Positions 5,566-11,117 of a stretch of 11,117 nucleotides of DNA are shown here, one piece after another. The stretch's first letter is position 1. The number at the start of each line of letters is the position of its first letter. The notes beneath the pieces were generated by a model, which ran no database searches, was not told the DNA's origin, and saw only the letters and a program-made list of their open reading frames with translations. The DNA comes from Nanobdellota archaeon (GTDB lineage: Archaea; Nanobdellota; Nanobdellia; B33-G15): NCBI GenBank assembly GCA_003660925.1, contig QMVD01000018.1:1-11117 (forward strand), read 5' to 3'. Made by a program: the position numbers and the translations under genes.

Positions 5566-6015
5566 ATGAATGAGGACTACTTCGTCAGGATAGAGGAACC
5601 GGAGAAGGTGAAGCAGTACATGGACGTGCTCTCTTCCCTCTTGAGGAGGGCGAGGAGCATAACAGAAGAACTAGGAGACATAAAGGACAAGAAGAAGGCC
5701 ATAAAGGACCTAGTGAAGGAAGAAGTCAAAAAGATGGAAGCGGCATTGAATCAGGTGGAAAAGATGCTGAGCAAGGAGGAGAAGCCAAAGGCGAAGAAAC
5801 CCAAGGCGAAGGCAAGGCCTAAGGAGGCAAAGCCTGAAGTCAAGCCAGTGGAGGTAAAACCCGTCGAGGTAAAAGCCAAAGAGGAGAAACCCCCTGAGGT
5901 GATGGCAAAACCAGAGGAGGTCAAGGAGATCGAGGAGAAGAGGGATGAATTAAGGGAGAGCATAAAGAGTCTCAGGGGAGAGCTGGAAAAACTCAAGAAG
6001 GAACTGGAAGGTTAG
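5566..6015 (+). CDS. hypothetical coiled-coil protein with Lys/Pro/Glu-rich repeat region (149 aa)
   Basis: The sequence starts MNEDYFVRIEEPEKVKQYMDVLSSLL... and continues ...KPKAKKPKAKARPKEAKPEVKPVEVKPVEVKAKEEKPPEV...LRGELEKLKKELEG. The track ORF start at 5425 reads through tRNA-Val and is rejected. An alternative start is the ATG at 5620, with GGTGA 8 nt upstream. Confidence 0.6.
   Translation: MNEDYFVRIEEPEKVKQYMDVLSSLLRRARSITEELGDIKDKKKAIKDLVKEEVKKMEAALNQVEKMLSKEEKPKAKKPKAKARPKEAKPEVKPVEVKPVEVKAKEEKPPEVMAKPEEVKEIEEKRDELRESIKSLRGELEKLKKELEG
5830..5886 (+). repeat. in-frame 15-nt tandem repeats encoding KP(V/E)EV units
   Basis: aagccagtggaggta (5842-5856) and aaacccgtcgaggta (5857-5871) both encode KPVEV. 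Degenerate copies flank them on both sides (KPEV, KAKEE). Confidence 0.5.
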
Positions 6016-6019
6016 AAAG

Positions 6020-6030
6020 CCTTATTAAAC
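6020..6030 (+). promoter_or_regulatory. TATA-like box for tRNA-Leu
   Basis: CCTTATTAAAC is centred about 27 nt upstream of 6052. Confidence 0.45.
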
Positions 6031-6051
6031 TTTCTCTGCCTTTTTCTTAGT

Positions 6052-6168
6052 GCGGGGGTGCCCGAGCCAGGTCAAAGGGGGCAGGCTCAAGTTCGACTTG
6101 AGCGCTGATGAAAAGATGAGGAACCTGCTGCCTTAGTGGCTGCGTGGGTTCAAATCCCACCCCCCGCA
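6052..6168 (+). tRNA. tRNA-Leu(CAA) with a 31-nt canonical (37/38) intron at 6092-6122
   Basis: The acceptor stem is GCGGGGG/CCCCCGC and the anticodon stem is GCAGG/CCTGC. The loop is CTCAAG|intron|A, with anticodon CAA at 6088-6090. The BHB core has bulge A6090 G6091|T6092, helix CTCA (6086-6089) with TGAG (6117-6120), and bulge G6121 A6122|A6123. The long variable arm is TGCCTTAGTGGCTGC, the T arm is GTGGG-TTCAAAT-CCCAC, and the discriminator is A6168. Confidence 0.9.
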
Positions 6169-6210
6169 TCCTGAAAGTTGCTCCTTGACCCTTAATTTTC
6201 GCCGAACTTC

Positions 6211-6227
6211 AATTAATTATAAAAAAG
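6211..6227 (+). promoter_or_regulatory. TATA-like box for the RCK-domain gene
   Basis: AATTAATTATAAAAAAG is centred about 27 nt upstream of the ATG at 6247. Confidence 0.4.
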
Positions 6228-6246
6228 TGGGCGACTTACCTTAAGC

Positions 6247-6942
6247 ATGATAGAGTGGGAGGATGTCAAAGGGTTCTTGCTCACGCTCTTCCTCTTCGTC
6301 TCCTTCCTCTTCCTATTTGCCGTCACCTACTCCTACATAACTGGGGAGAGCTTATCTAAGGCTGTGGGGGACGCATTAGTGCGCATATTTGGGATGGAAG
6401 ATGTGAAAGCGTCCTTGACGTCCGCCATGTTCCTGTTCCTCTCCAGCATGCTCATATGGTTCGTCGTGGATTACATCGTCAGGATACTCGTTAAGTTAGA
6501 GTTAGGAGGTGTTACCAGCATGGTGAAGGCAAAAGGCATGAGGGACCACTACATAATCTGTGGCTTCGGGAGGGTTGGAAGTCATGTGGCCAAGAGGCTC
6601 AAGAAAGAGAAAAAGAAGGTGTTGGTCATCGATGTGAGTGAAGAGGCCCTGAAAGAGGCAAGAGGATATCCTGTGATCAAGGGCGACTGCCTTCAGGAGA
6701 AAATCTTGAAGTTGGCCGGGATCAAAAAGGCCAAGGCCATCATATGTGCCTTGGGGAAGCCTGAGAGCAACGTGTTCCTGACCATAACAGCAAAGCACCT
6801 GAACCCAAGCATAACAGTTGGGGCAAGGGCGGATGATGCTGACATCGCGGCGAAGCTCAGGCATGCGGGTGCGGACGTGATCATAATGCCCGAAGCCATA
6901 GGTGGATATAAATTGGCCGAAGAAGTGATGAAGAAGGGATGA
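6247..6942 (+). CDS. two-TM membrane protein with TrkA-N/RCK NAD-binding domain (MthK-like architecture)
   Basis: Two hydrophobic helices are present (FLLTLFLFVSFLFLFAVTY and AMFLFLSSMLIWFVVDYIV). They are followed by a Rossmann motif HYIICGFGRVGSHVAKRL and an RCK N-lobe that is collinear with MthK as I remember it. There is no TVGYG filter and no TrkA-C lobe. Confidence 0.75.
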   Translation: MIEWEDVKGFLLTLFLFVSFLFLFAVTYSYITGESLSKAVGDALVRIFGMEDVKASLTSAMFLFLSSMLIWFVVDYIVRILVKLELGGVTSMVKAKGMRDHYIICGFGRVGSHVAKRLKKEKKKVLVIDVSEEALKEARGYPVIKGDCLQEKILKLAGIKKAKAIICALGKPESNVFLTITAKHLNPSITVGARADDADIAAKLRHAGADVIIMPEAIGGYKLAEEVMKKG

Positions 6943-8330
6943 ACTTAAGGGAGTATCAGAGGAAAATATTAGAGAGGGCTAGGGAGAAGAACACTTTAGT
7001 GGTGTTACCCACAGGAACAGGAAAGACCTTAATTGCTCTCAAGTTAGGTCTGGAAAAGAAGGGAAAAGTTCTCTTTCTGGCCCCGACCAAACCATTGGTG
7101 GAGCAACACAGGAGGAGCTTGGAGAAGTGGTTTGGGGTGAAGGGGATTACCCTAACTGGAGAGGTGAAGCCAGAGGAGAGGAGGAGGTTGTGGGAGGAGA
7201 ATAGGTTCATTTTCGCAACGCCCCAGACCATAAGGAACGATTTGATGAAGGGGAGGATAAGTTTGGATGAAGTGTCCTTGATCGTCTTTGACGAAGCGCA
7301 TAGGGCGGTGGGGGACTACGCTTATGTCTACATCGGGAGGAAATACAGAGGACACGTGATCGCTCTAACTGCCTCTCCAGGGGATGAGGAAAAGCTCAGG
7401 GAGATCTGTAAGAACCTGAATATAGAGCACATAGAGTGGAGGAGCGAGGAGGATGAGGACGTGAAGCCCTATCTCATGGGAAAAGAGGTGGTCATGATAA
7501 AGGTGGAGCTCCCCGAGAAGTTGAAAGAGGCAAGGGACTCGCTGAAGGACTGTTTGAACCGCTTGTTGGATAAGTTGAAGGAGAGTGGTTACGTGAGAGA
7601 GAGGGTGAGGAAGAGGGACCTCTTGGAGTTACAGAAAAGGACGAAGAAGCCGATGGTCTTGTCCTTAGTGGCTAGTGCCATAAAAGCTTGGCACGCCAAG
7701 GACCTGTTGGAGATGTACGGGAAGTCAAGTTTCATGCGCTTCGTCCAAAATTTGAGAAGGGATGGGAGGCTCGCTTCCAAGAGGTTGCTGGGTATGGATT
7801 GTTTCAGAAAAGTCATAGGAATGGAGGTGGAAGAACATCCAAAGCTAGGGGCCTTGAAGCTCATATGTTCCAGAGAGAGGGGGAACATGATCATATTCAC
7901 CCAATACAAGCACACCGCTGACATGCTCAAGGAGTTCTTGAAGGACGCTGAGATCTTCGTAGGTCAAAGCAGGATGAAGCAAAAGGAACAGATAGAGACC
8001 TTGAGGAGGTTTGAGAGAGGAGAGTTCAGGACCCTGATAGCCACGAGCATAGGGGAGGAAGGATTACACATCCCAGATGTGGACATCGCTGTCTTCTTCG
8101 AGCCAGTTCCATCTGCCTTGAGGATGATCCAAAGGAAAGGGAGGGTGGGGAGGACCAAGTTTGGGAAGATATACATCTTGATGACGAAGGGGACGAGCGA
8201 TGAAGTTTATTATTGGACCTCAAGGAGGAAGGAAAGGAAGATGATGAAAGGTTTGAAAACTATTGAAGAGGAGTTGAAAAAAGGTAAAAAGCAGAAGAAG
8301 TTATGGGAGTTCTATGCAGAGGATGCTTGA
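6939..8330 (+). CDS. hef: Hef (FANCM-like) SF2 helicase domain protein
   Basis: Motifs seen are LVVLPTGTGKT, LFLAPTKPLVEQH, ATPQTIRNDL, IVFDEAHRAVGDYAY, LTASPG, FVGQ, LIATSIGEEGLHIPDVD and VPSALRMIQRKGRVGR. The protein is collinear with the Pyrococcus Hef helicase half as I remember it. The ATGA at 6939-6942 overlaps the upstream stop. Confidence 0.9.
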   Translation: MNLREYQRKILERAREKNTLVVLPTGTGKTLIALKLGLEKKGKVLFLAPTKPLVEQHRRSLEKWFGVKGITLTGEVKPEERRRLWEENRFIFATPQTIRNDLMKGRISLDEVSLIVFDEAHRAVGDYAYVYIGRKYRGHVIALTASPGDEEKLREICKNLNIEHIEWRSEEDEDVKPYLMGKEVVMIKVELPEKLKEARDSLKDCLNRLLDKLKESGYVRERVRKRDLLELQKRTKKPMVLSLVASAIKAWHAKDLLEMYGKSSFMRFVQNLRRDGRLASKRLLGMDCFRKVIGMEVEEHPKLGALKLICSRERGNMIIFTQYKHTADMLKEFLKDAEIFVGQSRMKQKEQIETLRRFERGEFRTLIATSIGEEGLHIPDVDIAVFFEPVPSALRMIQRKGRVGRTKFGKIYILMTKGTSDEVYYWTSRRKERKMMKGLKTIEEELKKGKKQKKLWEFYAEDA

Positions 8331-8949
8331 GGAGGTGGAGGTCGTAGCGGATTACAGGGAGAGGAAGGTGTTGGAATACTTAAAAGACTTGAAGGTGAAG
8401 ACAAGGTCCCTTCCAGTGGCAGACTTCATCATATCTGGGAGGTGCGCCATAGAGAGGAAGAGCGTGAGGGATTTCGCGGAATCCATAAAGAGCGGGAGGA
8501 TATTCAAGCAGGCAGAGGAGTTGAAGCAATTCGAGAGGCCCATAATCGTGATCGAGGGGAGCAACTTCTACGACATCCCTCTCCACCCCAACGCGGTCAT
8601 GGGAGCGATAGCTTCCTTGATCTTAGACTTTGGCATCGTGGTGATAAACACGAGCGATGCTGGGGAGACCGCTGCCCTGATAAGGGCGTTGGCTATCAGG
8701 GAGAAAAAGGAGAGGAGGGAAGTGGCCTTGAGGGGGAAGAAGAAACCAAAGGGGTTAAAACAGCTCCAAGAATATTTCCTAGAAGGATTGCCCCACATAG
8801 GGCCGAAGCTCGCGAAGCGCATACTCAACCACTTCAAGAGCGTGAAGAATTTCATAAACGCGAGCGAGTCCCAGATGAAGAGGGTAGAAGGACTAGGAGA
8901 GAAGAAAGTGAGAGACATAAAGAGGGTGATAGATTCTGAATACAAATAA
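8314..8949 (+). CDS. hef: Hef/XPF-type ERCC4 nuclease domain plus tandem helix-hairpin-helix
   Basis: Motifs seen are VVADYRE, VADFIISGRCAIERKSVRDF (ERK box), PIIVIEG, HPNAVMGAIASL, then GLPHIGPKLAKRIL and VEGLGEKKVRDI (two HhH). GGGAG lies 4 nt upstream of the ATG at 8314. The ORF overlaps the helicase ORF by 17 nt in a different frame. Confidence 0.9.
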   Translation: MQRMLEEVEVVADYRERKVLEYLKDLKVKTRSLPVADFIISGRCAIERKSVRDFAESIKSGRIFKQAEELKQFERPIIVIEGSNFYDIPLHPNAVMGAIASLILDFGIVVINTSDAGETAALIRALAIREKKERREVALRGKKKPKGLKQLQEYFLEGLPHIGPKLAKRILNHFKSVKNFINASESQMKRVEGLGEKKVRDIKRVIDSEYK

Positions 8950-8953
8950 GTAT

Positions 8954-9904
8954 GTGATCGTTGGAGTGGACGCGGGATTGAACGTGGCATGGGCCATCCT
9001 TGACCTAAGTGGGAACCTCTTAGGTCTGGGGAGCAAGAAAGGACTGGGGAGGGGGATAATAGGGGAGGTGAAGAAATATGGGGAGCCCCTCATCGTATCC
9101 ACGGACGTGAGCAAGCCCCCCAGGTTAGTGAGGGAGCTCGCCACTTCCTTTGGGGCCAAGCTCTTCCTTCCGAAGGAGGACATGAGGATCAAAGAAAAAG
9201 AGGTGTTGACTAAAGGATTCGTGTTCGGGAACAGGCACGAGAGGGATGCGTTGGCATCTGCCCTCAGGGCGTTCAAGGAGATAGAGGGTTTGGTGAGGAG
9301 GGTGAAGAGAAGGGGAGGGGATGAGGAGGTCATCAAGAAGATCCTGAAAGGGGAAGCGAAGAACATAAGGGAGGCTATGAGGGTTGAGGAGGAGAGGAAG
9401 GGAAGGGTGAGGAAGAAGAGGAGGAAGATGTCAGTTGAGGAACTCCTCGAGCTCGTGGAGAGGCTGAAGGAAGAGAATGAGAGGTTGAGGAAAGAGAGGA
9501 GGTGGGTGGTTTACAAGGTGTCTGAAGTGAGGCCTAGGATCTTGATAGAGGATAAGGCGAAAGTGATGAACAAGTTGCTGAAAGATGGTAAGATCCCCAT
9601 CCTGAAGGTGGAGGGGAAGAAGGACTTGAAGGACGTTTACAAAGATGTCGTCTACCTCAAGACCCAGGACGAGAAGATCTTGGAGGAGCTAAAGAGGAGA
9701 AAGGTGAGAGTGTTGATCATGGACGAACCGAAGGAGATAAAAGGGTTCGTGACCGTGAAAAGGAGCGATTTAAATATCAAGGAAGAGGATGGAATAGAGT
9801 ATGTGGAGTTCAAGGAGTTCGAGCGCTTGGTTGAGAAGATCGTTAAGGAGATGGTCAAGGAAGTACTCGAGGATTATAGGAGGATTAGAGAGGCGTTTAT
9901 CTGA
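8954..9904 (+). CDS. DUF460/COG2433-type predicted RNase H-fold nuclease with coiled-coil and C-terminal domain (316 aa)
   Basis: The GTG start gives (M)IVGVDAGLNVAWAILDLSGNLL. Further motifs are GEPLIVSTDVSKPPRLVRELATSFGAKLFLP and NRHERDALASALRAF. A basic coiled coil follows (EELLELVERLKEENERLRKERR). The start lies 4 nt after the nuclease stop. Confidence 0.65.
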   Translation: MIVGVDAGLNVAWAILDLSGNLLGLGSKKGLGRGIIGEVKKYGEPLIVSTDVSKPPRLVRELATSFGAKLFLPKEDMRIKEKEVLTKGFVFGNRHERDALASALRAFKEIEGLVRRVKRRGGDEEVIKKILKGEAKNIREAMRVEEERKGRVRKKRRKMSVEELLELVERLKEENERLRKERRWVVYKVSEVRPRILIEDKAKVMNKLLKDGKIPILKVEGKKDLKDVYKDVVYLKTQDEKILEELKRRKVRVLIMDEPKEIKGFVTVKRSDLNIKEEDGIEYVEFKEFERLVEKIVKEMVKEVLEDYRRIREAFI

Positions 9905-9917
9905 GAGGAACAAGAAG

Positions 9918-10379
9918 TTGTTTTTCGTCCTCAGGTTCTTGGTGAGGTTCCTCATCTTGGCCGTCCCCTTATATCTTTTCGAACGCTTGGACCTCTTCGC
10001 CCTGCAGGACTTAGAAGCGAAGCAGGTGAGTTACATCCTAAATTTACTCGGACAAGAGTCCGAAGTGGTTTACGTGAATAACATCCCAAGCATAGTGTAC
10101 CAAGGGAGGGGGATAGGAATCATAGGGGCGTGCACAGGTTATCGTTCCTTCTTCGCCCTCGTGGCCCTGATCCTGGCGGTCCCGAAGGTGAGTTGGAAGA
10201 AGAGGAAGTTGGGGGTGTTACTGGCCCTACCTAGCATCTACATCTTCAACCTCATGAGGTTGGTGAGCACCGTCCTCTTGTCCCAGTTCATAGAGTTTCA
10301 GGTGATACACGATTACCTCTGGATATACGGGATGACCTTCCTAGTCCTGCTTCTTTGGCTCTTTTGGCTCAAGCTCTAA
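9918..10379 (+). CDS. small archaeosortase/exosortase-family protein (ArtE-like size)
   Basis: The protein is polytopic and hydrophobic, with the family's Cys/Arg/His pattern: GIIGACTGYRS, IFNLMRLVS, QVIHDYLWIYG. The start is uncertain. I use the TTG at 9918, which has GAGG 9 nt upstream. GTG 9942 is an alternative. The track's ATG at 9801 overlaps the DUF460 gene by 104 nt. Confidence 0.55.
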   Translation: MFFVLRFLVRFLILAVPLYLFERLDLFALQDLEAKQVSYILNLLGQESEVVYVNNIPSIVYQGRGIGIIGACTGYRSFFALVALILAVPKVSWKKRKLGVLLALPSIYIFNLMRLVSTVLLSQFIEFQVIHDYLWIYGMTFLVLLLWLFWLKL

Positions 10380-10919
10380 CTTGATGACCTTCCCCCCTGG
10401 GCTCACTTCCTTGAAGATCTCTGCTGTGAAGGCGTATAGCTCCACGTCCTCCCCTCTCCAGGCGAGCGGGGAGAGGCCTGCCTTCACGCAGGTCTGGGAG
10501 AGAAACTCCTCTCTGTCCCATCCCCACTCCAAGGGGACTTGAGGGAGCAAGAGGCCGGAGAAGAATCCCTTCTTGACGATCAACCCATGCTTTCCCACCT
10601 TCACCTCTTCGGGCTTTATGGGCTTTGGCTTCGTCAGCACAGAGACCTCTATAGTGATTTCGTCTAATTCTTCTTTCTCGAGAGGGAGGAACCTGGGGTC
10701 CTTAAAGGCCGCGGCTTTAGCTGCTTCCACTACCCCCTCGTACAAAGGGAGGATGGGTTGAGGGAAACCTATACAGCCCCTCAACTCCCCGTGTTTGAGG
10801 AGCGTGACGAAGACCCCCATGGGCTCCCCCCCTTTCACCTTCAGTTCTTCTCCCTTGAAATGATATTCTATCGCCTTCCTCGCCAACCTCACCAGCTTCT
10901 CCCCTTCCCTCAGATCCAT
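10341..10919 (-). CDS. AMMECR1 domain protein
   Basis: Motifs seen are GVFVTLLKHGELRGCIGFP, HGLIVKKGFFSGLLLPQV and EEFLSQTCVKAGL, and the length is typical. The 3' end overlaps the convergent archaeosortase-like gene by 39 nt. Confidence 0.85.
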   Translation of the reverse strand: MDLREGEKLVRLARKAIEYHFKGEELKVKGGEPMGVFVTLLKHGELRGCIGFPQPILPLYEGVVEAAKAAAFKDPRFLPLEKEELDEITIEVSVLTKPKPIKPEEVKVGKHGLIVKKGFFSGLLLPQVPLEWGWDREEFLSQTCVKAGLSPLAWRGEDVELYAFTAEIFKEVSPGGKVIKLELEPKEPKKQD

Positions 10920-10933
10920 ATCCTTTGGGAAAA

Positions 10934-10949
10934 GCTTTAATTATAATAA
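10934..10949. promoter_or_regulatory. shared near-palindromic TATA region for the divergent AMMECR1 and wHTH genes
   Basis: In GCTTTAATTATAATAA, the + reading is centred about 27 nt upstream of the ATG at 10965. The minus reading (TTATTATAA) is centred about 27 nt upstream of the ATG at 10919. Confidence 0.4.
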
Positions 10950-10964
10950 GTTTTGCTCCCCTCC

Positions 10965-11117
10965 ATGGAGAGGAAACAGGCCATCATAGAATTCCTGAGA
11001 GAAAACGGTCCCTCACATCCCATCCAAGTGAACAAGGTGTTGGGGCTTGACAGCTTCACAGCCTCCGCCATCCTGAAGGAGATGTTGGAGGAAGGTCTCG
11101 TCAAGAGGAGCGTGAAA
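10965..11117 (+). CDS. 5' part of a putative winged-helix DNA-binding protein (partial, runs off the right edge)
   Basis: MERKQAIIEFLRENGPSHPIQVNKVLGLDSFTASAILKEMLEEGLVKRSVK is open to the window end. The pattern is typical of an N-terminal wHTH (name-like helix, LG turn, recognition helix, EEGLV wing). Confidence 0.5.
   Translation, partial: MERKQAIIEFLRENGPSHPIQVNKVLGLDSFTASAILKEMLEEGLVKRSVK

Noticed and set aside
6105-6111. C-box-like CTGATGA inside the tRNA-Leu intron, by analogy with the C/D sRNA in archaeal tRNA-Trp introns
   Set aside because: The intron is only 31 nt, too short to hold C, D', C' and D boxes plus guides. The nearest CTGA (6171-6174) lies outside the tRNA.
61-7930. 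Other antisense or shadow track ORFs (61..357, 168..509, 277..483, 1186..1524, 2036..2326, 2232..2540, 3200..3430, 3902..4144, 4449..4652, 4840..5223, 5751..5996, 6502..6864, 6693..6899, 6956..7231, 7152..7355, 7589..7930, 7688..7921)
   Set aside because: Each lies fully within, or opposite, a gene with recognisable motifs or better start signals. None has motif content or its own promoter-like element.
8442-9366. Alternative-frame and antisense ORFs over the Hef nuclease and DUF460 genes (8442..8939 +, 8568..8990 -, 8893..9366 -)
   Set aside because: They are R/E/G-rich or S/F/L-rich shadow frames of purine-rich K/E coding sequence. The annotated frames carry clear family motifs.
9801-9917. 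ATG 9801 as start of the archaeosortase-like ORF
   Set aside because: It would overlap the DUF460 gene by 104 nt. It would also encode an R/S-rich stretch (MWSSRSSSAWLRRSLRRWSRK), which is typical of out-of-frame reading of K/E-rich coding sequence. The hydrophobic protein proper begins after 9918.
1-11117. CRISPR arrays, rRNA genes, IS elements
   Set aside because: I saw no regularly spaced direct repeats, no rRNA-like conserved blocks and no transposase-like ORFs. The only tandem repeat is the in-frame 15-nt KPVEV unit at 5830-5886.

Overview
This is a compact archaeal chromosomal segment. The evidence is bulge-helix-bulge (BHB) tRNA introns, A/T-rich TATA-like boxes centred about 27 nt upstream of tRNA 5' ends and of many start codons, and genes for Hef, endonuclease V, an archaeosortase-like protein and AMMECR1. 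The K/E/R-rich proteins suggest a thermophile, but I cannot name the organism. I can support four tRNA genes, all on the + strand (Phe-GAA, Gly-CCC, Val-CAC, Leu-CAA), about 15 protein-coding genes, and one probable decayed gene. Headline: the tRNA-Phe gene is split at non-canonical position 30/31 by a 652-nt BHB intron. That intron is filled end to end by an intact two-motif LAGLIDADG homing endonuclease ORF. The ORF's ATG is the first three intron nucleotides, and its TGA stop is U33-G34-A35 of the anticodon loop. Other points worth a second look: (1) a CDS whose ATG sits 1 nt after the tRNA-Val discriminator base, with no room for its own promoter; (2) two weakly similar Pro/Lys-rich coiled-coil proteins, each next to a tRNA gene; (3) a Hef repair enzyme split into separate helicase and ERCC4-nuclease ORFs that overlap by 17 nt in an A-rich tract; (4) a tightly packed same-strand array of RCK membrane protein, Hef helicase, Hef nuclease, DUF460-type RNase H-fold protein and small archaeosortase-like protein; (5) a divergent PyrH-like kinase whose ATG overlaps the stop codon of a MinD-type ATPase gene; (6) an AT-rich patch holding a signal-peptide gene broken by a short cluster of stop codons. 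No CRISPR array, IS element or integrase was seen. All family assignments rest on motif recognition by eye and need profile searches.
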